A stretch of DNA of 64,000 nucleotides, taken from the NCBI GenBank assembly GCA_002269645.1, contig NIVC01001182.1, positions 248,001 through 312,000 on the forward strand, given 5' to 3'. This document shows, piece by piece, positions 22,227 to 33,800 of this stretch. Under the pieces are notes generated by a model, which worked only from the letters and a program-made list of their open reading frames with translations, was not told the DNA's origin and searched no databases. This DNA comes from Macrostomum lignano (lineage: Eukaryota). The position numbers and the translations under genes are program-made. Numbering within the stretch: position 1 is the stretch's first letter; each line of letters starts with the position of its first letter.

Positions 22227-22894
22227 CGACCAGATATGCGCTAGATACTCGTATGGATGCAGCGCAATCCCAAGTCATGAAGGAAAATATATTGCTACTT
22301 ATAAAACACGAGCTAAAAAAATTAAATTTTAAATACCAAAAACAACACCGGTCCATTGAAAATTGAGCATACAAGCTGAAAAATAGACGTAATAAAATAA
22401 TGACGTCATAGCCAATCAACTTTTATTCAATAGGCTCAACAAGACGAACTAAGTCGCTGCGCTCTTTGAATACGCGGCAAGTAGCAATTTTTAATTATAA
22501 CAACAATTGACTGCAATCATATCAATATTTTGTCAGCACAGGTAAATTTTCAATAATGATGATTGCAAGGATAAACAAAACTTTGTCTAGCAGTACACAT
22601 AACATTCTTGAAAGTAGCCAAGGATTAAAAAAGATAATTATAATTATAATTATAATTATAACTTGGAAGCTGAGTTCTTTAATTAAAAAATCCTAGAGAC
22701 AAACTGACAATTAATAAGTTTTTAAAACCTAAAGAGCAAAGAGCAAGCTAAATTAGTATTTATAATAATGATCAATTATTAGCTTAATTTATTAATGACA
22801 AAACAACATCGATATACTTATTTAAAATTAACCAAACTGACTACTTTCAAGTTTCTTGAATTTTAAGCATATTTCAAGAATGGGCGGGGACAAA

Positions 22895-23790
22895 CGTGTA
22901 CATTAGAGGTAGGGGGTTGGGCTAAGGGACGAGTGTACATTAGGGGTAGAGGGTTGGGCTGAGGGACGAGTGTACATAAGAGGTAGAGGGTTGGGCTAAG
23001 GGACGAGTGTACATCAGGGGTAGTAGGTTGGGCTAAGGGACGAGTGTACATAAGGGGTAGGGGGTTGGGCTAAGGGTCGAGTGTACATAAGAGGTAGGGG
23101 GTTAGGCTAAGGGACGAGTGTACATAAGGGGTAGGGGGTTGGGCTAAGGGACGAGTGTACATAAGGGGTAGGGGGTTGGGCTAAGGGACGAGTGTACATA
23201 AGGGGTAGGGGGTTGGGCTAAGGGACGAGTGTACATAAGGGGTAGGGGGTTGGGCTAAGGGACGAGTGTACATAAGGGGTAGGGGGTTGGGCTAAGGGAC
23301 GAGTGTACATAAGGGGTAGGGGGTTGGGCTAAGGGACGAGTGTACATAAGAGGTAGGGGGTTGGGCTAAGGGACGAGTGTACATAAGAGGTAGGGGGTTA
23401 GGCTAAGGGACGAGTGTACATAAGGGGTAGGGGGTTGGGCTAAGGGACGAGTGTACATAAGGGGTAGGGGGTTGGGCTAAGGGACGAGTGTACATAAGGG
23501 GTAGGGGGTTGGGCTAAGGGACGAGTGTACATAAGGGGTAGGGGGTTGGGCTAAGGGACGAGTGTACATAAGGGGTAGGGGGTTGGGCTAAGGGACGAGT
23601 GTACATAAGGGGTAGGGGGTTGGGCTAAGGGACGAGTGTACATAAGAGGTAGGGGGTTGGGCTAAGGGACGAGTGTACATAAGGGGTAGGGGGATGGGCT
23701 AAGGGACGAGTGTACATAAGAGATAGGGGGTTGGGCTAAGGGACGAGTGTACATCAGGGGTAGGGGGTTGGGCTAAGGGACGAGTGTACA
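22895..23790. repeat. 37-bp G-rich minisatellite (GTACATAAGGGGTAGGGGGTTGGGCTAAGGGACGAGT)
   Basis: About 24 units; four G-tracts per unit. Confidence 0.96.
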
Positions 23791-24429
23791 ACTAGTAGTA
23801 AAAGCTGGATAGGATAAGTAATTCAAGAGCTACGACAAGCCCCTCTAACTAAACAAAAGATCCAAAACGATATATATACCAGAGCAAATTACTTTTAAAA
23901 TAAAAATTCAGCAGATTTAAGCAATAATAATTCCCGCAGAAGCAAACAATAATAATAAACAGGTGTAAATAAGGAGTTTATAAAAAACTGTAAATCACGA
24001 AACACTTCATTTTTTAAATTAAAAAGTGCATAATCTAAGCGGAAAAATAGGTGATTAAGAAGAATCAATTAAAACGATCGAGACAGGGAGGAGGGGAACG
24101 AAATTTGAAATTCCAGGAAAGTTCAGCATAAGCTTCTCAGATTCAGTTCAAATCTGGTCTAAGTTTGTGTGTACTGCATATTATAAGCTACAACTAGAAA
24201 TCAGGTAACTTTCAAATGACATAGCCTCTATTACAAGTCTGTAAAAATTTAAGGTTAATAATAACATATAATATTATATATAGTATTATTGGTAGCGCTG
24301 GGCTCATAGGAAAGCTTAATAACTAACAATAACAACACTTCAATACTTAAATAATGAAAATGAAAGGATAAAAATAATATTCGTTGGAACTGAGAGCCTG
24401 CAAAACAACTGACAAAGATTAGTCATTAA

Positions 24430-24660
24430 GGGGGTTGGGCGGGGCCGAGTGTACACTAGGGGGAAGGGGTTGGTTGGGGGGGGCCGAATGTACATTAGGG
24501 CAAGGGGGTTTGGGGGCCGAGTGTACATTAGGGGAAGGGGGTCGGGGGCGGAATGTACATTAGGGGGAAGGGGGTTGGGGGGCCGAGTGTACATTAGGGG
24601 GAAGGGGGTTGGGGGCCGAGTGTACATTAGGGGGAAGGGGGTCGGGCGGGGGCTAGTATA
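24430..24660. repeat. G-rich minisatellite of about 34 bp, related to the 37-bp array
   Basis: GAGTGTACATTAGGGGGAAGGGGGTTGGGGGGCC units. Confidence 0.9.
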
Positions 24661-24877
24661 CAGTAAAGAAATTTTCCGCTTGTCAACACAAGGCGCAATA
24701 CTTAGCTCTCTTATTTTTTCTCATATTCATACAGATTCATAAACAAACAAGTGTGACAAGATAGACAGAGATACGCATGTATATAGAACTACTATAAGTA
24801 GCCAGAATATGTACTAATACATATTAAAAAGAAATTTTGCAGTGACTGAATTGAATAAAAGAAATAAACAAACAAGA

Positions 24878-27800
24878 TCAATGCGAGCCGTGCATCTGCA
24901 AGTCCAGCTTAATCTGGACCTCGCCAGTGTCAACCTCGGACAATCGCAATCGTTTTGTGATTGGCCCGTGCTTCGCTTTAGCCAAGTCTTTGGCCACATC
25001 GGCAATGCGCAGTTCGGCTCGGCCTAGGAAAGTGTTCGGCGAAAAGAAATCACGATCGTACACAGTGATGGATAGGACGTCCTCGTTGGGGTCGGCAATG
25101 TGAAATTGCATTGCTTTGTTCCACACCGGATTTAGCGTAGCTCTAATCACTTCGGTGCACTGGCGTTGCGAGCCTAGTGAAACTTCTGCGTACGGGTCGC
25201 TTTTGTTGTCACCGCCCAGATTGCCAACCTTCAATGAGTAGCCCTGCTCTACTGTTAGTAGTAGCCGACCGACGCTCTCCCGGCTGAAGGCCCGGCTGCG
25301 TTGGTTGTTTTCTGCGTAGTTTTTATTGGGGAAAGGGTGGGTTCTACTCGTAGCACAATAAAAACTGAATAAGTTTAGGCGTGTTTGCTGTGGTTGGAAG
25401 ATAAGGAAGATAACTGTAGAGGGAGTAGAGGCTTGTGCGAGAGGCTCTCTGTGTAACAATTGGCGCTGAGTTGTCTAGGGGGAGTGGGGTGGGGGTTTTA
25501 TGAGGGGAGGCCCTGCGTACATCTGGGGGCAGTAATTGACTAGGGGGAGTGGGGCGGGGGTTTATGAAGGGAGGGAGGCCCTGCGTTACATCTGGGGGCA
25601 GTAATTGAATAGGGGAAATTGGGCGGGGGGTTATGTGGAGAGGTCCTGCGTACATCTGGGGGTAGTAATTGTCTAGGGGGAGTGGGGTGGGAGTTTATGA
25701 CGGGAGGCCTTGCGTACATCTGGGGGCAGGAATTGTCTAGGGAGGAGTGGAGTGGGTTTTTGAGGGAAGGCCCTGCGTATATTTGAGGGTAGGTGTTGTT
25801 TGTTTAGGAGTAGGGTAGGCTTTGTCTAGGGCGAGTGGGTGGGGCTCTATGATGGGAGGCCCTGTGTACAAGTGGAAAGTTTTGTTTAAAAAACTCTTGA
25901 GTTGGCCTATAAAGTCAAACAGCTCAAGTAATATTGTTAAAATTTAAGACACCCACTGGTTCATTAGGAATACAAGCATTATTGAGTTCATGGTTATACG
26001 CCAACAAAAGAAATAAACAATATTATTAAATAAAAATTAATTATAATAACTTTGCTTGGCTGATGCAAGCGTCCGTTGCTCCTATTATTAAGCTAAATAT
26101 CGACTTTTATACGAGTTACTACAATTACGAATATTTTTATCAACGATACCGTATAAGTTGTTTTCTGAACAATCTGATTAAAACTTTGAAGCACATGCAA
26201 TCAGATTTAATCAGAATAGCTATACATTTAAGAAATAATTCAAGGTTTAATAGTTGAAGAAAACCATCACCCTAATAGTAATTTTATAATCGGTTTTTTA
26301 TATGAATAAAATTTATTAAAATACCAGAATTTATAATAAAAATCTTCTGTTTTAATATCATCCTCAAGCCTAATGAATGGACTTTTCGTTAGTGTAATTG
26401 TAGCCAATCAACTATACTGACTAGGGGGAGGGGGCAGGCTACGACGCTGCAAGCCAATAGGAATGAGGAGAAGGGTAGAATGATGGAGGCGGGACAGAGA
26501 GATAAAAACCCCAGCCAATCAGCGAACGCAAAGTTTTTTACTATAGCGAAAGAGGCTACAGTGCAGCGACGCAGCGGACGACGTTACAATAATGAATTAA
26601 GCCAACTGCAAAACTACTGCCAATAATAAGTAGTGCGTTTACCGCGCTACGGTTTATATAAATAACCATTTTTCATCAGAGGCAGGGGCTGTGTGCACCT
26701 GGCGCACTTCAAATGAACATTGTCACACAACCGCCCGCCCATTACTGCCCATTCCACCGACTCTCCTGAGCAGTCATAAGCACAGGCACACACTCACACA
26801 GGAGTGTACAGCGGCCCTAGGCATGTACACTTCACTGTGCCTTGGGGTTGGCCCTCAAGGCCGTTAATTGCACGAGCAGAGCCAAGCCGAGATTCCAATT
26901 TAGCCTCAAATTAATGTGACTGCACTTGGAATCGAGCCTGGGCTGCTGGCAAATCAGAGCGCCTGCTGGATTATTGGGCTACGGCCCCCTCTAAAACCAT
27001 AGTTTGGTTTAATATCTGTAGTGTTCATTAATTTAAATCTTTAGTAGAACCGCACTGGATTAATGGAACTAATTAATAAATTAAAACTATGCCAGCCAAA
27101 AAAGTTTATCGTTGAAAGCGAGAGATTAAAATTGGTTAAAGACGATAATATAAAATTTAGTGCCAATTAGTCACACTATGCCGACGCCTATGTTATCAAG
27201 GGCAATTAATAGAAAACGTAATAACTGGTTATTTAAGACACAATGAATATAGTGGAGACTATGAAGTTGCCCAGTCTCAATAATTCAATCATTATCGAAA
27301 TTTATAATAAACTGCGTCTTTTATTACCTTCGATAGCCAATTTCTCTAAAAATATGAAATGAAATACAAACCATTTTTGTTGGTACTTTTAAAGCAGTAA
27401 ATAAGTTGAATTGAACAGAAATAGCTACTTGATGACTATTCACTGTCGACAATATTGGTTTGGGTTAGGGTAAGGTTAGGGGTAGGTGTGTAGGGTTAGG
27501 TAGGGTTGGGATTGGGTATGGTTAGAGTAGGGTTAGGGTAGGTTTGGGTAAGGTAGGGTTAAGATAGGGCTGGGTAGGTTTGGCGAGGGTTGGGTAAGGT
27601 TTGGGTTGGGGTAGGGTTTGAGTAGGGTTAGGTACGTGGTTTGGGGTAAGGTAGGGTTAGGGTAGGGTTGGGTAGGATTGGGTAGGGTTGGGGTAGGGTT
27701 GGGGTAGGGTTAGGGTAGGTTTGGGGTAAGGTAGGGTTAGGGTAGGGTTGGGTAGGTTTGGGTAGGGTTGGGTAAGGTTTGGGTTGGGTTGGGGTAGGGT

Positions 27801-30800
27801 TATGATAGAACAGTCAATTTTCGAATGTAGATTCAAAAGAACAATGGAATTGAAAAAAGACACTGTTAACGATTTTACTATACATTAGCGTCCTTAAAGA
27901 GTCAAAACAAAAATTAGAATTTGATTAACACTTTATTTACTGATATTAGCAGCAAATTTTAGGCGGTTATATAAAGGCAAAAAGCTATATTGCACACATG
28001 TGATTACTTTGAGATTAAAAGTACATCGTACACTTTTAAACAAAATAACAAGAGCCATTGTCTTTGACAATTATCATTATTATACTATAGTTTCAAAGTT
28101 TAAATTTGCTGCTAAGAACTTTAAGTAAAGTGTTAATAATGATATTGCAATGAGCATCTCATTAAAATTATCAGCTGATAGCAACTTACTCGATGCAGGC
28201 GCCTTCTAGCCATGCGTTCTACATGTAGACAGGTTGAACAAACAACAGTATAGAAGCTTGTCGCTATTTAATAATAACACTAATATGATTATAATACTAC
28301 TATTATACTACTAATAGACAGAAAATATTGATTTAGGAATCTATAACGACACCACGTAAAAATAAGTAAAACAAACAAATGCTATAACCACACCGTAGTG
28401 CGCATTGCATAGCTGTTGTGGTGCAATTAAAAATTAAAGCAGAGAATGCACGAACAGCATAAAGTGGGCTAATTATTAGGGATATATTTTATCGATTTTT
28501 TTGATAAATCACTTATGGGAGCTATTGATTAAAATCCCATTTGGGGAAGAATGGGATCACAAGCAGTCATATGGGAGCTACTGATTGAAATCCCATTTGG
28601 AGAAGAATGGAATCACAAGCAGTCAGATGGGAGCTACTGATTGAAATCCCATTTGGAGAAGAATGGGATCACAAGCAGTCAGATGGGAGCTACTGATTGA
28701 AATCCCATTTGGAGAAGAATGGAATCACAAGCAGTCAGATGGGAGCTACTGATTGAAATCCCATTTGGAGAAGAATGTGATCACAAGCAGTCATATTGGA
28801 GCTACTGATTGAAATCCCATTCGGGGAAGAATGGGATCACAAGCAGTCATATGGGAGCTACTGATTGAAATCCCATTCGGGGAAGAATGGGATCACAAGT
28901 AGTCATATGGGAGCTACTGATTGAAATCCCATTCGGGGAAGAATGGGATCACAAGTAGTCATATGGGAGCTACTGATTGAAATCCCATTTGGGGAAGAAT
29001 GGGATCACAAAAATTAATATGGGAGCTACTGATCAAAATCCCATTTGGTGAAGAATGGAATCACAAGCAGTCATATGAGAGCTACTGATTAAAATCCCAT
29101 TTGGGGAAGAATGGGATCACAAAAATTAATATGGGAGCTACTGATCAAAATCCCATTTGGTGAAGAATGGAATCACAAGAATTCATATGGGGGCTACTGA
29201 TTGAAATCCCATTTGGGGAAGAATGGGATTATAATTCATATGGGAGCTACTTGAAATCCTATTTGGAGAAGAATGGGATCACAAGTAGTCATATGGGAGC
29301 TACTGATTAAAATCCCATTTGGGGAAGAATGGGATCACAAGCAGTCATATGGGAGCTACTGATTGAAATCCTATTTGGAGAAGAATGGGATCACAAGCAG
29401 TCATATGGGAGCTACTGATTAAAATCCCATTTGGAGAAGAATGGGATCACAAGCAGTCATATGGGAGCTACTGATTGAAATCCTATTTGGAGAAGAATGG
29501 GATCACAAGCAGTCATATGGGAGCTACTGATTAAAATCCCATTTGGAGAAGAATGGGATCACAAGTAGTCATATGGGAGCTACTTGAAATCCTATTTGGA
29601 GAAGAATGGGATCACAAGTAGTCATATGGGAGCTACTGATTAAAATCCCATTTGGGGAAGAATGGGATCACAAGCAGTCATATGGGAGCTACTGATTGAA
29701 ATCCTATTTGGAGAAGAATGGGATCACAAGCAGTCATATGGGAGCTACTGATTAAAATCCCATTTGGAGAAGAATGGGATCACAAGCAGTCATATGGGAG
29801 CTACTGATTGAAATCCTATTTGGAGAAGAATGGGATCACAAGCAGTCATATGGGAGCTACTGATTAAAATCCCATTTGGAGAAGAATGGGATCACAAGTA
29901 GTCATATGGGAGCTACTTGAAATCCTATTTGGAGAAGAATGGGATCACAAGTAGTCATATGGGAGCTACTGATTAAAATCCCATTTGGGGAAGAATGGGA
30001 TCACAAGCAGTCATATGGGAGCTACTGATTGAAATCCTATTTGGAGAAGAATGGGATCACAAGCAGTCAGATGGGAGCTACTGATTGAAATCCCATTTGG
30101 AGAAGAATGGGATCACAAGCAGTCAGATGGGAGCTACTGATCAAAATCCTATTTGGAGAAGAATGGGATCACAAGCAGTCAGATGGGAGCTACTGATTGA
30201 AATCCTATTTGGAGAAGAATGGGATCACAAGCAGTCATATGGGAGCTACTGATTAAAATCCCATTTGGAGAAGAATGGGATCACAAGCAGTCATATGGGA
30301 GCTACTGATTGAAATCCTATTTGGAGAAGAATGGGATCACAAGCAGTCATATGGGAGCTACTGATTGAAATCCCATTTGGGGAAGAATGGGATCACAAGC
30401 AGTCATATGGGAGCTACTGATTGAAATCCCATTTGGAGAAGAATGGGATCACAAGCAGTCAGATGGGAGCTACTGATTGAAATCCTATTTGGAGAAGAAT
30501 GGGATCACAAGCAGTCAGATGGGAGCTACTGATCAAAATCCTATTTGGGGAAGAATGGGATCACAAGCAGTCAGATGGGAGCTACTGATCAAAATCCCAT
30601 TTGGGGAAGAATGGGATCACAAGCAGTCAGATGGGAGCACTAGGATTTGTGCTAAGAAACTCAAAGACTGTGTTGAGAAAATGTAGAAGATTTTGTCATA
30701 AATTTACAGATTTATAGATAAATTTCACGGATTCTGATAGGACAAAAGCGTGTCAGAAAGTCTAACAAAGATGCAGACAGGAAAAGACAAAAGCATCAAA

Positions 30801-33800
30801 TAAATCACGGAGAGCATAATTAACCATTCATCACAAGTCTCTAATAATTTATAATCTTATCTGAATTTTTGGATTAATAAATTTATAAAATAAAAATTGT
30901 TCAAATCTGTAAAATTAATAAAAATGACTTCAACTTAACCAAGTAGAATTATGGAAATTTGAATTGAAATGAAAATCTGAATTTCCTAGTGCCAAAGAGC
31001 TAAGCAAACTGCCAACAACATGTCTTACCAAATCTTCCTGGAATTAAAAAAGAGAAAATAAAGCAAATCAACAAAATAAATACGATTGGTCACTTGTTAC
31101 TAGGCAGTGCAAAGCGCTGTTTGAGAAGCAATTTTTTTCCAACAAAATCCCGTAAATAATATTGTATATGCAAAACACTGCAATGCACTACTCGCTATGC
31201 GAAGCTCAGGATACACACAAAGACTTTAAGGATATAAGAAAAGGGAACGAATGAGGGAGTGAGAGGGGAAGAGGGGATGAGAGGGGATGAGAGGGAAAGA
31301 GGGTATGACGGTAAAGACGGTCTCTGACTGTTTTTACCCTGGCTGCCTCTCTGGCGGCATTTCTCGGGGTTGTGCGCAATCCAATTGGCCTAGCACTCGC
31401 TAGCCCAATCAAATTAGAGTCCTCACCGGAGGTGATGTACAGTACGCATGTACGTATGTACGTATGTACAGTCACTGACTGTACATGCGCAACTTTGGGA
31501 ATCACCCGGCCGCCTCCACCGGCAACACACACATGTAAGTCGCTATTGGCTGAGAGCAGTCACGTGACTACTATTCCGTCCAATAGCGACTCACATGTGT
31601 GTGTTGCCAATAGAAACGGCCGAGTGAATCCCAAGGTTGCGCCCAAGCATGTGTACTCATCTAAAAATAACCCTATTTTTTCTTTCCAATTATTTCGGCC
31701 CTGGGCCTTGGTTAGGTGGGGGTGTACCTGGAGTGAGTGCGTACTCTGGACTGCAGTGTGGCTTAGAACGGGACTTGAGCTCCCCGGTCGCACCCGCCCT
31801 GCAGGAAAGAAAATGACCATTCACAAAGGTGTACGGTAGAGCCCAGTTAGCATGCCAGCCCTGAGGCTGAGCCCCGGGTTTAGGGTTCAGGTGCTCCTCC
31901 CATTGTTTTTATCCCCTTTGTGCTTTTATTAATGTAAGGCCTTTGAATTCCGCGCCAAAATTCTGGAGTTATGAGCTCTGCCCTCCCTGCCCGGTCCATC
32001 CTGCTTTCCCCGGTCCATCCTGCTGGCTCCTCTGGAAGTTCCCTGCCCTTGTGTCTCGGCTCTCATCTCTGACAGTGGATTGGAGTCCTGGGGTTGATGT
32101 TCGTCCCGAATCTGGGATACCGGCTGAGTCCGGGTCCTCTTGCTCCTTGTGCCCCTTCCCGACCCCTTGGCCTGGCCTCCAAATTAGAGCTGGACAGGAG
32201 ACTCGTCCTCGGAAACAAGCCTCCCAGACTCACTCCAATTAATGCAAGCCATTTCCGTAGACTTCGGGGTTTCCCCGCTCTCGGACCGCTTTCAGTAGTA
32301 TCCAATGCTTTTCCAATCTTTTTTTTGCGCACTCCCGGGATTTGTCTGCTGGGTGGTGGCTTGGGTGGACTCGGTCTTAGCACTGTCCTTGATTCCACTT
32401 CTGGGTTGGCGGTGTCTTAGTCCATAGGCTTGAGCTAGTAGCCCCAATTAGTGCTCTCTCCCTGGCCATGACGTCAGGTCCCAATCTGGGCTGCTCGGGC
32501 TATATGCCCACTGGTAGATGTGCCCCCTATACTCAGCGGCAGAGCCCTTCTCTGGGCTGATCCGCGGGAGCCCCTGGCTACCCACCCTCGTTTAACAACA
32601 ACAGAGGGTATGAAAAGGGATAAGAGGGGATGAGATGCAAGGGGATGAGTGAATGAGAGGGGATGCGAAGGGATGAAAGGGGATAAAATGGGATGCAAAG
32701 GGATGAGAGGGACAAAAGGGATGCGAAGGGATGAGAGGGGATAAAATGGGATGCGAAGGAATGAGAGGGGATAAAAGGGGATGCGAAGGAATGAGGGAAT
32801 AAAAGGGGATGCGAAGGGATGAGAGGGGATAAAATGGGATGCGAAGGAATGAGAGGGACAAAAGGGGATGCGAAGGGATGAGAGGGGATAAAAGGGGATA
32901 CGAAGGGATGAGAGGGTATAAAAAGAGATGCGAAGGAATGAGAGGGGATAAGAAGAGATAAGAGGGAATGATAGGGATGAGAGGGAATAAGAGGGGATGA
33001 GAGGGGATAAGAGGGGATAAGAGGGATAAGAAGGGATAAGAGGGGATAAGGGATAAGAGGCAATGATGAGAGGGGTGAAGCGATGGGGAAAAGAGAAGAG
33101 AAGAAAGGAAAGGAAAAATAAGGTGAGCTGAGCAGATGATAAGGAGATACGATTTAATTTATGAAAAATATGGTATCACGGTCGTGAGCAGTGAAACAAG
33201 TGATAGGGAAAAAACTAAATATACATAAGTAAGATGTATTGCACAAGACAAAAAAAGCAAATTTATCCTCTGTTACTTTAACACACAGCACTACTCACCA
33301 GTAGCATTGTGATATTCCTTAGCAGTTTTGGTTAGTCGATCTTTCCACCTGTCCCGATCTTGAGCACTCTGACAGCGGAACACCCAGTCCTCGTTAGGCA
33401 GCACCCGAATGCAGAGCAGCGGCGGCTCCGCCCCGCTGTCCCGATCTGGCTCTGGTACAGTCATCAGATCGTTCAGTATAATCGGCCTCTTGTACATTCG
33501 GTATTTCTGCTTCTGACTGTTGGCCAGTTGATCGTCTTCTGAAGCTGACGCGGCATTGCCGTCCAGAGCCAGCGAGGGGAACACAAACGGCCGGCCCTGG
33601 GTGTTGAAGACTGGCACTGTTAGCAGTAGGAAATCGTTGAATAAAAACACCACAAGCTCTTTGCCGCCCTTGTGCTTGAACAGGGTGCCCCAGTGCACTA
33701 GGCGGCGCTGGCCGAGGCAGTTGGTCTGCGAGTTGAACACCAGCTTCTCCGACAGGCCTTCGCAGATCACGTGCTCCTGGGAGTTTGGTTTGTTTTTGAG

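Noticed and set aside
26400-26525. Triple CCAAT plus GC-box cluster as an internal promoter
   Set aside because: No downstream ORF or exon identified; short motifs alone are not enough.
28515-30638. CRISPR array (regular palindromic repeats)
   Set aside because: The units are contiguous with no unique spacers, the context is eukaryotic, and there are no cas genes.
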